53,290 bases of DNA, taken from the IMG/VR virus record IMGVR_UViG_3300033143_003883, positions 1 to 53,290 of that record, one strand, 5' to 3'. Positions within the stretch are counted from its first letter, which is position 1. Each line of letters begins with the position of its first letter. Position numbers and translations under genes: made by a program. The stretch comes from a virus (lineage: Duplodnaviria > Caudoviricetes). The notes under the pieces were generated by a model that ran no database searches, had not been told where the DNA came from, and saw only the letters and a list, made by a program, of their open reading frames with translations. Shown in pieces: positions 21,082 to 30,725 of the stretch.

Positions 21082-21375
21082 ATGTTATCAGATGAAATAA
21101 AAAAAATAGCTAAAAAAATAAAACAAAGTGCTGTCATTGCTGATTTAACAGATGTAATCCATAATTATGGTGATGCTACTATACATGTTAAAATCGATAA
21201 TGAACAAATGAAAAAAATGAAAAATAAAACATATAATAGAGATGACGCATTTAAAGCTTATGTAAATTTTATTAAATCAGAAAATTTTGGTGATGCTACT
21301 GAAGAAGCAATTGCTAAATCTGCTTTAGATTTAATAGATCTAATAGAACAAAAATTTTTAGAAAATAATCAATAA
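21082..21375 (+). CDS. MLS-KIA leader family protein
   Basis: MLSDEIKKIAKKIKQSA leader; AAGGAG upstream. Confidence 0.75.
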   Translation: MLSDEIKKIAKKIKQSAVIADLTDVIHNYGDATIHVKIDNEQMKKMKNKTYNRDDAFKAYVNFIKSENFGDATEEAIAKSALDLIDLIEQKFLENNQ

Positions 21376-21388
21376 GGAGAAATAATCC

Positions 21389-24241
21389 ATGGCTGCACCT
21401 TCACAACCAATAATTACTACGAATGGAGGAAATAATTATTCAACTAATATTGCAGATTTATTTTTAGAAGGAACTTGCGATATAACTACACATGAAATAT
21501 TAGTTAATAATTCTACAACTGGAGTAACATACACACCAGGCAATACTTCTTGGAACTTTTCTGGTACATTATCCAGAGGAGATAATAATTTTCAAGTAGT
21601 AGCAAAAAATATTTTTGGCGATCCTAGCACTGCTACACTTATTATAATTAAATATGTAGATAAAGCTGATTTAGAAGCTGAAGTATCTGCACCAACTGGA
21701 CTTAGAATGAGAACATTCTCAGATAAAGTCAGATTAAGTTGGGCAGAAAATCCAGAGACAGATATTAAAGGTTATAATGTTTATGGCTCAACATATGCTG
21801 CTGGTGGATTAGAAGGATATAAAAAATTAAATACAAGTCTCATTTCAACTATTGCATTTTTTGAAGAAAAAACTACATTGTTATCTGAAAATATTAATAC
21901 AATAGGTGATATACGAACAACAACTACAGAGGAAAGTATTGAAACTATAAATTATTATAATTATGATCATACAGAATATGAAGGAGAGCCAATTACTGCT
22001 GGAACAAGATATTACTATACTATAACAGCAGTAATTTTTGATTCTATTAGAAATGAAGAAGTAGAATCAGTATATTCAAATGAACTTTTCGCTTATCCTT
22101 TGGCATTATCTACAAATATAGTTGACTTACCTAAAAGAACAATGTTTGAGATTCAAGTTGATATAATTAATAAAATATTAGAATCTAAACCAGATATTGA
22201 TTTGAAACCTGGTGAATCAATGAGAGATATAATGATTGATCCAGTTTCAGATGAATTAGAAAATGCATATTTTATAATAGATTTTTTAAGTAAATCACAA
22301 TCATTTGCGACATTATTACAAATTGATGACGAAAATAATGATGGCGAAACAGATCTAGTTGAAGATTCTGCATATAAGCAATCATTAAAAGAAGCAACAC
22401 ACTTAGAAGAGGATTCAGATGTACAACAATTAGTAGATGATGCATTTGACAAACAATCTCAAAATTATAATACTGTTAGACAAGAAGCAGAAAAATCATA
22501 TGGAGAAATAACTTTTTATTCTATTCAAAGTTCTATTAATCAAAATATTGAATTTGGACCTGCTCAAAACACAAGAATTTCTACATTAGGAGATTCAAGT
22601 GTTGGTGAAAGAGCAATACAATTTGATGTTGTATCGTCTTTAGTTATAACTCCAGCTAATTATCAATCATATTATAACACATTAACTAGCAGATATGAAG
22701 TTACATTACCAATAAGAGCAGCAGAAGCAGGAATAGATGGAAATGTTGAGGCTGGCAAAATAACTCAAAGTATTTCTGGTGTTCCAGCAAATTTTGGTGT
22801 AACAAATCTTGAAAGTACACAATTTGGAACAGATAAAGAAAGTAATCGATCATTAGCAGAAAGAGCACTACTGGTATTAACTTCTCTTGATATAGGAACA
22901 AAAGGTGGATATAGAGGCACAGCATTAAGGATTGTTGGAGTTAATAAAGTAAAAATAGTTGGTGCTCAAGAAGAATTAATGATGAGAGATTATGATCCTA
23001 TTAGACAAAAACATATAGGTGGAAAAGTTGATGTTTATATGCAAGGACAAAGATTAGTAGAAAAAACAGAAACATTTAGTTTTGAATTTAAAGGTGAAAC
23101 AGATGCACAATTTGATGTTTTATCTGCAATCAACATGACAGTACAAACTAGAAATACAGAAGTTATATCAGATTATCCCATATATGAAGTTACACAAATT
23201 AGAAATGTAACAAAAGGATCAGATTATGATTTAACCAATTTAATAATAACTATTGATACATTAGATATTGATGAAACAATTCCTGCTAATTTAGCAATTG
23301 GAATGGCAAGTGGAGATAGAATAGAAGTAGATTATAAATATAGAAAATCAGAAAATTTTATATTTGCGCATCAGCCAGTTATAACATTAAATGATGTACA
23401 AGGTTCTGTAACTGGCAATTTAAATAATAACATTGAATTTTTTCAAACAGAAGATCCATTATTAAATGGAAAAAGTACTGCTGCACAAGATTATTTTATA
23501 ATAAAATATACAGGTGGTATTCCTTCAGGAAATGCAGAAACTTTAACAGTAAAATATACAATCAATGAATTACTTGATGAAGTGCAAGAAGAAGTAAATG
23601 AAAAAAGACATATTACTGCTGATGTTTTAGTAAAAGAAGCAACTGAAATAGGCATAGATGTAGACATGACTGTTTATTTAAAAGAAGCAACAAATAGAAG
23701 TCTTGCAGATTCAAAAATAAGAACGGCAGTTTCTAATCTATTAAATCAAAAAGCAATTGGTCAATCAGTTTATCAATCTGATGTTATAAGAGTGGTTGAA
23801 GAAGTTGAAGAAGTAGATCATGTAGATATACCTTTTACAAAAATGGTTAGAGCTGATGGTGCTATTAGAATAAGAGAAGAAATATCTGCTTCTTGGTCTG
23901 TTTATGACATTGGAATCAAAACATCATTTACTACTGGAGCCGGAGCATTAGAATTTGCTACAATTCTTGGTGGTGGAACAAAATATGAACATAAAGGTGT
24001 ATTCCTTGATGAAATAGAAACCACATTAGTCGATGATCCTAATCTGGTAAAATATTTACCTGGAAGATCATATATAGGTACAAATGGAGAAGTTATAATT
24101 TCAACACCGGATAATACAATGGACAATCATACAGTTATGGTTAGTTATGTTGTATATGGCGAAAGTGGCAGTAAAGATATAGAACTTCAAGGAATGGAAT
24201 TTTTATCATTAAATAATTTAAACATAACTTATGGAATTTAA
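21389..24241 (+). CDS. Baseplate J/gp6-like wedge protein with N-terminal Ig and FN3 domains
   Basis: SAPTGL...LSW..N....I.GYNVY...YYY.ITAV (FN3); D.KPG...RD, G..GNV.AG.I, GTDKESN..L..R and GGKVDVY (baseplate J motifs). Confidence 0.8.
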   Translation: MAAPSQPIITTNGGNNYSTNIADLFLEGTCDITTHEILVNNSTTGVTYTPGNTSWNFSGTLSRGDNNFQVVAKNIFGDPSTATLIIIKYVDKADLEAEVSAPTGLRMRTFSDKVRLSWAENPETDIKGYNVYGSTYAAGGLEGYKKLNTSLISTIAFFEEKTTLLSENINTIGDIRTTTTEESIETINYYNYDHTEYEGEPITAGTRYYYTITAVIFDSIRNEEVESVYSNELFAYPLALSTNIVDLPKRTMFEIQVDIINKILESKPDIDLKPGESMRDIMIDPVSDELENAYFIIDFLSKSQSFATLLQIDDENNDGETDLVEDSAYKQSLKEATHLEEDSDVQQLVDDAFDKQSQNYNTVRQEAEKSYGEITFYSIQSSINQNIEFGPAQNTRISTLGDSSVGERAIQFDVVSSLVITPANYQSYYNTLTSRYEVTLPIRAAEAGIDGNVEAGKITQSISGVPANFGVTNLESTQFGTDKESNRSLAERALLVLTSLDIGTKGGYRGTALRIVGVNKVKIVGAQEELMMRDYDPIRQKHIGGKVDVYMQGQRLVEKTETFSFEFKGETDAQFDVLSAINMTVQTRNTEVISDYPIYEVTQIRNVTKGSDYDLTNLIITIDTLDIDETIPANLAIGMASGDRIEVDYKYRKSENFIFAHQPVITLNDVQGSVTGNLNNNIEFFQTEDPLLNGKSTAAQDYFIIKYTGGIPSGNAETLTVKYTINELLDEVQEEVNEKRHITADVLVKEATEIGIDVDMTVYLKEATNRSLADSKIRTAVSNLLNQKAIGQSVYQSDVIRVVEEVEEVDHVDIPFTKMVRADGAIRIREEISASWSVYDIGIKTSFTTGAGALEFATILGGGTKYEHKGVFLDEIETTLVDDPNLVKYLPGRSYIGTNGEVIISTPDNTMDNHTVMVSYVVYGESGSKDIELQGMEFLSLNNLNITYGI

Positions 24242-24250
24242 GGAGATAAC

Positions 24251-24433
24251 ATGTTATCAGATCAAATTGTTAAAATAGCAGAAGAAATAAAAAATTCAGA
24301 TTTAGAAGATTTTTTATGGGAAGCATACGAGGCAACAGTGGGTTTGAAAATTGCAATTAATAATTCTATAAAATTAAATAAAGATAAAAAAATACAAAAA
24401 ATTTTGAAAAATAATTTGGAATTATTAAAATAG
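24251..24433 (+). CDS. MLS-KIA leader family protein, probably truncated
   Basis: MLSDQIVKIAEEIKNS; its stop codon lies inside an out-of-frame second leader sequence. Confidence 0.65.
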   Translation: MLSDQIVKIAEEIKNSDLEDFLWEAYEATVGLKIAINNSIKLNKDKKIQKILKNNLELLK

Positions 24434-24705
24434 CTGAAGAAATAAAAACAAGTAAAAATAAAACTAGATTAAATTTTTTATATAATACAAAAAATAATAA
24501 ATATTATTTTGATGTTATAGATGGATTTTATGGTCAATTATCACGAGATGCTAAAACTTATGGACCTTATGATACAAAAGAAAAAGCGGAAAAAGCTTTG
24601 ATTCGCATTGTAGGTAAGGATTATAATAAGAATAATGTTGATGATTCAGGCACAATATCGGTTCCAAAAAAAAGTCCTAATGGTACGCCTATTGGAAAGC
24701 CATAA
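24421..24705 (+). pseudogene. Decapitated MLS-KIA leader family gene (no ATG or RBS)
   Basis: Open frame IIKIAEEIKTSKNKTRLNFLYN...YGPYDTKEKAEKAL...PIGKP*, beginning mid-leader; in-frame TAA at 24412. Confidence 0.7.
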
Positions 24706-24742
24706 AAATCAATAATAAAATTATAACATAAAAGGAGATATT

Positions 24743-25240
24743 ATGCAATTATCAGATGAAATTATTAAAATAGCTGAAATAATTAAATCTAAAAAATTTC
24801 CAAAAGAATTAAATCAATTTATAGAAATAATACAAAAATCAAAATCATTCGATGATGCTTTTAAAAAAATACATCAAATTAAAAATGTGCCATTTGTAAC
24901 AAGTCAATTATTTTTTACACTATATAATAAATCTGGAAATTTAACAATAAAACAAGCTTTTAAATTATTTTATGATGATGTTAAAACACAAAAAATAGCT
25001 GAAGAAATTAAAAGTTATAAAGAACCTACTAAAAAAGAAATAGATAAGGTTGTTAAAAAAGTAGAAGATACATTAAAAGATTTTCAAAAAGACTTTAAAC
25101 AAATCCCTAAACTTCCTAAAAATTCTACTAAAGATGAAATAGAAGGATTTAAAATGGTTAAAAAATTTTATAATGATAAAATAAAATTATTAACAAATGA
25201 TTTAGACTATTGGAAATCTTTACAAAAAAATTATAAATAA
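24743..25240 (+). CDS. MLS-KIA leader family protein; two modules
   Basis: MQLSDEIIKIAEIIKS; internal QKIAEEIKS at about 24991. Confidence 0.75.
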   Translation: MQLSDEIIKIAEIIKSKKFPKELNQFIEIIQKSKSFDDAFKKIHQIKNVPFVTSQLFFTLYNKSGNLTIKQAFKLFYDDVKTQKIAEEIKSYKEPTKKEIDKVVKKVEDTLKDFQKDFKQIPKLPKNSTKDEIEGFKMVKKFYNDKIKLLTNDLDYWKSLQKNYK

Positions 25241-25279
25241 AAACAAAATATCAACTAAATAAATAATTGAATAATAATT

Positions 25280-26797
25280 ATGACAACTAATAATTCAAAT
25301 CTATTAAATTTTCAGAAATTTTTAGATTCTAAAGAAATTAAACAAAAAATACAAGAATATAAAAATAAATACTATGAAGTATTATTTAATACTTTGCCAT
25401 CTCCATATAGTATTAATCATCCAAGCTCTAATTATGCTATTTATTTGTCTGAAATAGCAGAAGAATTGGCAAGACTAAGATGTTTAACTGATAGAATTCA
25501 ATTAGATAATTATTTTCAAACAGTTCAACCAATTCTTTTAAGACAAAATCTTGCAACTGTTTTAAATTATGATCAAAAAATACCTTTTGATTGGTCTCAT
25601 GAAAAATATAGAAATTTTTTATTAGCTGTTTTAGAAGTTTTATTAAATGGCTCAACTAAAGAAAATATTAGACGTGCCATACAAATTTTTACATCTTTAG
25701 ATGCTAAAATATCAGAATTTTTAGATTTCATACCATCATTTTTACAAACTAATCTTGGTAGTTATTTTAATAATTTAACATCTCCATTAAATGGTGATGG
25801 TAGAGTTGGTTTTAAAGAATTCACATTTAATGACTCATCTTATCAGAGATTTGTATATAGCGCAGTTGATATATTTGGATTTAGAATAGATTTAAATTTT
25901 GGCACTGGAGATGCAGAAGAATATTTTAGAAGTTGGGCAGATCATTTTCGAGATATTTATTGGCTGCTTGAAATAATTAAACCAGCTCATACATATTATT
26001 TGATTAGAAATATTTTTCAAGAAGATATTAAAATATTAAATAGATTAACTGATAAATTTTTAGTTGGAGTTCGTTGGCATGATGAATTTAGTCAAGGAAT
26101 ATTTAAATTTAATGATCCAGAATCACTTTTTAATAGCACGTTAAAATTATTAAATAAAGCTATATTGTTTGATAAATTAGTAAATGTTAATATACAAATT
26201 AACAACAGTGAAGCTTATAGTAATTCTAATGATCCAAATTCTGGAACTGAAATATTTGCAAATAGCTTTCAATATAATTCTGTTTTAAATAAAGCAATAT
26301 TAAATTATCCTTTAATAAGCAATGAAATAGCAGAAAATGGAGCTGGAACTTGGAATTTAGGTATTTTAACAGATGGGACAGCTAATTGGAAAATAAATTC
26401 ATTGACCGGACTTTGGTTAATAGATAAGGCAAATATAGCAAAATATCACATAACTTCTAATACAAATAATACAATAACTACAACAGGTGGTCCAAATTCT
26501 GGAAGTATTAATTATATAATTTCTCCTAAAGCATTAAATTTAGGTCTTTGGAGTGGTGGAACGATAACAGTTGATAATAATCCCTGGACAAATTATACAA
26601 ATGCATTAAAAGGAGCTATGTTAACTGATATAACTAATACAAATAATTATAGTATAACATCAAACACAAATAATACAATTACTGTAAGTGGTGGACCTGC
26701 AACTGGCCAATCATTTTTTTATATAACTAGAGGATTTATTTTTAATCAAAAAGAAAATACTTCATCTCAATTATGTAAATATTTGATTTTAAAGTAA
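25280..26797 (+). CDS. Baseplate wedge protein (gpI/gp7-like) with C-terminal repeats
   Basis: YR..L....L.GST...I and LEIIKPAHT motifs; two ~60-aa ITSNTNNTIT..GGP repeats. Confidence 0.7.
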   Translation: MTTNNSNLLNFQKFLDSKEIKQKIQEYKNKYYEVLFNTLPSPYSINHPSSNYAIYLSEIAEELARLRCLTDRIQLDNYFQTVQPILLRQNLATVLNYDQKIPFDWSHEKYRNFLLAVLEVLLNGSTKENIRRAIQIFTSLDAKISEFLDFIPSFLQTNLGSYFNNLTSPLNGDGRVGFKEFTFNDSSYQRFVYSAVDIFGFRIDLNFGTGDAEEYFRSWADHFRDIYWLLEIIKPAHTYYLIRNIFQEDIKILNRLTDKFLVGVRWHDEFSQGIFKFNDPESLFNSTLKLLNKAILFDKLVNVNIQINNSEAYSNSNDPNSGTEIFANSFQYNSVLNKAILNYPLISNEIAENGAGTWNLGILTDGTANWKINSLTGLWLIDKANIAKYHITSNTNNTITTTGGPNSGSINYIISPKALNLGLWSGGTITVDNNPWTNYTNALKGAMLTDITNTNNYSITSNTNNTITVSGGPATGQSFFYITRGFIFNQKENTSSQLCKYLILK

Positions 26798-26883
26798 TTA
26801 ATTTAAAAATTGAACAATGAATAATTAATTAATAAAATTTTATAGATAAGACTAGATATATTCTTATCTATAAGGAGAAAAAA

Positions 26884-27399
26884 ATGCTTATCGAAGATAG
26901 AATTAAACAACCATCTTTTCACTTTTTTGCTACAATAACTGATAATAAAACTGGAAAAAAAGAAATTAAAGATTTGGGTCATAATATTATAGTTGATCAA
27001 GTAAGTTTATTAATTGCTCAATTATTAAAAAATGAATCTCCTAATGGCATAACGCATATGGCTATTGGCTCTGGTGATGGTGCTTGGGATATAACTGCTC
27101 CTCCTGCTCCTATAGCTACAGCAACTACATTAGAAAATGAAATTAACAGAAAAGCAATTGCAACTTATGAATATATTGATAGTTCTGGAAATCCAACACC
27201 TACAAGAACAAATATTGTTGATTATACAGCTACTTGGGCAAGCGGTGAAGGAAATGGAACATGGTTAGAAGTAGGATTATTTGGTGGCACTGGTGCTTCT
27301 GCTCCTGATGGTGGAGATATGATCAATTGGCATACATTTCCTGCATTGATTAAAGCTGGAGATATTACTATAAGCTTAACTTGGAGAATAACAACTTAA
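26884..27399 (+). CDS. Tail-collar/fibre-attachment-like protein
   Basis: HNIIV, ITHMAIGSG, T.LENEI.R, E.NG...EVGLF and K......ITW.I pattern. Confidence 0.65.
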   Translation: MLIEDRIKQPSFHFFATITDNKTGKKEIKDLGHNIIVDQVSLLIAQLLKNESPNGITHMAIGSGDGAWDITAPPAPIATATTLENEINRKAIATYEYIDSSGNPTPTRTNIVDYTATWASGEGNGTWLEVGLFGGTGASAPDGGDMINWHTFPALIKAGDITISLTWRITT

Positions 27400-27409
27400 A
27401 TTTTTAAAT

Positions 27410-28912
27410 ATGAAACAATTAATTAAAACATATAATATAAAATTATATAATAATTTACCATTTAAACAAACAATGGAATTGATTAAAAAAGAAGAAAATC
27501 AATTACTTAAATTTTGTTTTAATGATGAAACATTAAAATTATTTAATGATATGGGAATAAAACAATCAAGTAGAATTTTAGCCAATCATATTGTAAGAAA
27601 TACTTTTTTTCCTTCTAGAATATGGAGAGGAATATTAGATACAATTGGCGAAGTTCTTATTTCATTAAATAATAAAAATAATTTATATAAATTTTTAATA
27701 AATCTTAATGATAATCCAGAAAATTGGAATTACAAATTATGTAAAGATAATGGGAAACAATTTATTAAATTAAATTATATTATTATGTTAAAAGAACAAG
27801 CAATGAATTATTTAAAAAATAATAATTCACTTCCTGAATCTTATTTAAAAATGATTAAAATTCCACAATTTAAAAATGCAAAATTATCTTATGCGCCTGA
27901 TGATAATAATGCTATTCGATATGAAATAGCAGAAAATAAGTTAACTGGAGGAATTAAATTATATGATGGAAAAAAATGGAAGTGGTATAATTTAAATTTA
28001 AAATTACCTGTAAAATTAATTAATAAAAAATTTAGAAAACCTAATTTAAGACAAACAAATAATTCTTTTTATTTAGATATTAAATTTGAAGAAATTATAC
28101 AAGAATATAAAGAAACTAACAATATAATTTCTATAGATTGGGGCATCAGAAAGCTATTAACTATTGGAATCTTTGATAGAAATTTAAATCTTTTAACAGT
28201 TCCTAAATTTGTTAAATTTCAAGACATTCATAATAAACTTTATAGAATAAGACTTGACATAGATCACATAAAATCTAAAATAGATAGATTAAAAAATAAG
28301 AAAATAATAAATCATAAAAAAATATATTTTTTAAAAGTTTTAAATAAACAAAGATGGAACAAATTTAATAATCTGCAAAAAGAATTGTCTCATCTTGCCT
28401 CTAATATTATAATAAATTTGTCTAAGATATATGGAGTTTCAGATATTTATATAGAAGATTTATCTAATTTAAAATCACAAACTTATAATAAAAAATGTAA
28501 CTGGAAAATTAATTCAACTGTTAGATCTCAAATTTTTGATAAATTAAAATATAAATGTAAGGAATTTGGTTTTAAATTACATAAAATTAAACCCTATTTT
28601 ACCTCTCAAACATGTCCTAAATCTGGAGCTAAAGGATTAAGATATAAGGATTCAACATGTAAAAAACAAATTAAAGGAGGAGGATTTTTTAAATCTTCTC
28701 ATTATAAAGGAGATAGCGATTTTATTGCTATCCAGAATATAGCAAGAAGAAGTTTAGATTCTTTTAATTTGAATTCTTCAAAACCAACCAAGTATATCTT
28801 GAACGGTATTCCTACTAAACTATTAGAGCAGGGAAGAATTCATTTCAATAGAATTCAGAAACATCTTTTTTCATGGAACTTTCAAGTGAAAGTTAATCCA
28901 TTAAAGTGTTAA
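27410..28912 (+). mobile_element. tnpB: TnpB-like RNA-guided nuclease, 500 aa, no adjacent transposase
   Basis: RuvC-I SIDWG, RuvC-II IEDL, YFTSQTCP and RuvC-III DSD..A..NIA; long tail after RuvC-III that could overlap an omegaRNA. Confidence 0.85.
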
Positions 28913-28967
28913 CTGAATTTTTAAACTAATGGTAATTACTACCTAAAAAATTTTAAAGGAATAAATT

Positions 28968-29237
28968 ATGATGTTATCAGATAAAATTATTAAAATAGCT
29001 GGAAAGATATCTGCAATTATTAATAAAGGTGACGAAGTTAAAATTGATATGAATATTGTTAAAAAACATGATAATTCTCCAGCATATCTAAAATTATTAA
29101 ATAAGGTAATCAAAAAATCCAAGGGAAAACCTGTTGTTATAAATATAGATAATAAATTTGCCGAAATAGCAGCTGATAAATATGATGCTTTATTGGGAAC
29201 TGTTAGAGTACCAATTAAGGCTTTGAATAAAATATAA
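28968..29237 (+). CDS. MLS-KIA leader family protein with SH3/KOW-like domain
   Basis: MMLSDKIIKIAGKISA; body paralogous to the first module of 20121-20666. Confidence 0.75.
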   Translation: MMLSDKIIKIAGKISAIINKGDEVKIDMNIVKKHDNSPAYLKLLNKVIKKSKGKPVVINIDNKFAEIAADKYDALLGTVRVPIKALNKI

Positions 29238-29276
29238 AAAATTATATATAAAAAATTTTAATAGGGAGAATACATA

Positions 29277-30557
29277 ATGGGTGATTTTAGTAGAGATACT
29301 TTTGATCCAACTAAAAATTATAATAAAGTTCTTGCGCAGCAAAATCATGCTTTATTAGATGCTGAATATAATGAATTGCAAGATATAATTAAGCATAGAA
29401 ATAAAAATATTACAAAATCTATATTCGGAACTGGCGCAATCGGTGATGGATATCTTGTTAAATCAACTGGAGTTAATAATACTATAAGAATTAAATCTGG
29501 TATGTTTATTAATCAAGGTGACTATGTACATTTATTAGAAGATTATACTTTATCTGGTTTAACCACTCCAGCAATAGGCGGAGTTAGAATAGATGTTGTT
29601 TATGCAGATTATTATAATGAAGAAATTGATAGTTCAGCAGATACTAATTTAAAAGATCCAGTATTAAATGTTGAAACTTGTATAAGATATAAAACTAAAA
29701 TAGAAATAAAAATTCAAGAAGGCACAGTAGTAGGCGTTACTCCAGCATTGCCAGCAGTTTTAACTGGGCATAATGTATTTATAATTGCTTATCTTGCTAG
29801 ATTAGACGCAGATCCAACAATTACCGATATAATGATACAAGATATGAGAAATGCTCAAGCTGCATGTTTTGTTGAATATGGATTAGAAGTTACTAAGGAT
29901 ACAGGATTTGTATATGATTGGACAGCTGGTGCTGCATATGTGGGCGGTTCTCGATATATAATAACTTCTGGTTCGGGAAATGTTCCGTCATCTAATACAT
30001 CTTATGTTTATATTGATCAAGTAGGTGTCGTACAAGATGCTTTAGCTTTACCTCCAGAATTTCATGTTCCCTTGGCCAAAATAGTTGCTGATGCTACTGA
30101 GATTATTTCAATTGAAGATTTAAGAACTTTTATGCCTGCTATGATGGCTCCTCCAATTGGTTCTTTAGTGCCAGTTATAGCAACTGCATTGCAAGAAATT
30201 AAACCAGTTGCATCAGGAGTAAATAAATTTGATGTAGTTTATGTAAGTGGAGATAATGTATTTGATCAAGCAAATGCTACAATCATATCAACCGCCCTTG
30301 CTAAAGCAATTTTAGTAACAGATCGTGATGTTCATGGCAATGCAACTTTATTATTTAAAGGAACTGTTTTTAATGCTGCCTGGGCTGGTTCATGGAATGC
30401 TAACGATACTTTATATCTAGACACGGCAAATGGTGATATTACTGATGATATTAGTGCTTTTGTAAATAATAATGTTGTACAAAGAATAGGAACTGTGTTA
30501 GATGGCACAGTTGGTGTGATAATTTTCAACCCAAGTGAAGAATTAATCGTTTTATAG
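29277..30557 (+). CDS. Tail fibre/baseplate protein with DUF6519-like N-terminus
   Basis: MGDFSRDTFDP.KNY..V..QQ...LLDAE.NE motif; beta-rich C-terminal domains. Confidence 0.65.
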   Translation: MGDFSRDTFDPTKNYNKVLAQQNHALLDAEYNELQDIIKHRNKNITKSIFGTGAIGDGYLVKSTGVNNTIRIKSGMFINQGDYVHLLEDYTLSGLTTPAIGGVRIDVVYADYYNEEIDSSADTNLKDPVLNVETCIRYKTKIEIKIQEGTVVGVTPALPAVLTGHNVFIIAYLARLDADPTITDIMIQDMRNAQAACFVEYGLEVTKDTGFVYDWTAGAAYVGGSRYIITSGSGNVPSSNTSYVYIDQVGVVQDALALPPEFHVPLAKIVADATEIISIEDLRTFMPAMMAPPIGSLVPVIATALQEIKPVASGVNKFDVVYVSGDNVFDQANATIISTALAKAILVTDRDVHGNATLLFKGTVFNAAWAGSWNANDTLYLDTANGDITDDISAFVNNNVVQRIGTVLDGTVGVIIFNPSEELIVL

Positions 30558-30725
30558 TATCTAACTTATTGAAAAATAAGATATTTTATATATTCTTTCC
30601 TCTATATATGCTATTTCTGCATATTTTTTCAAATTCTATTAACATTTTACTATTTTTATCGTATAATATAATAGAAGAAAGGAAAAATTATGCTAAATAT
30701 CTATCTAACTTATTGTAAAATAAGA
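30558..30725 (+). repeat. 24-bp direct repeat pair (30558-30581 and 30702-30725) flanking a promoter
   Basis: TATCTAACTTATTG(A/T)AAAATAAGA with one mismatch; internal dyad CTTATT-N4-AATAAG. Confidence 0.7.
30639..30667 (+). promoter_or_regulatory. Sigma70-type promoter
   Basis: TTAACA-17 nt-TATAAT. Confidence 0.7.

Noticed and set aside
2167-30557. Bacterial contractile injection system or tailocin rather than phage
   Set aside because: Contiguous with a complete phage-type replication and recombination module; capsid genes are presumably outside the window.
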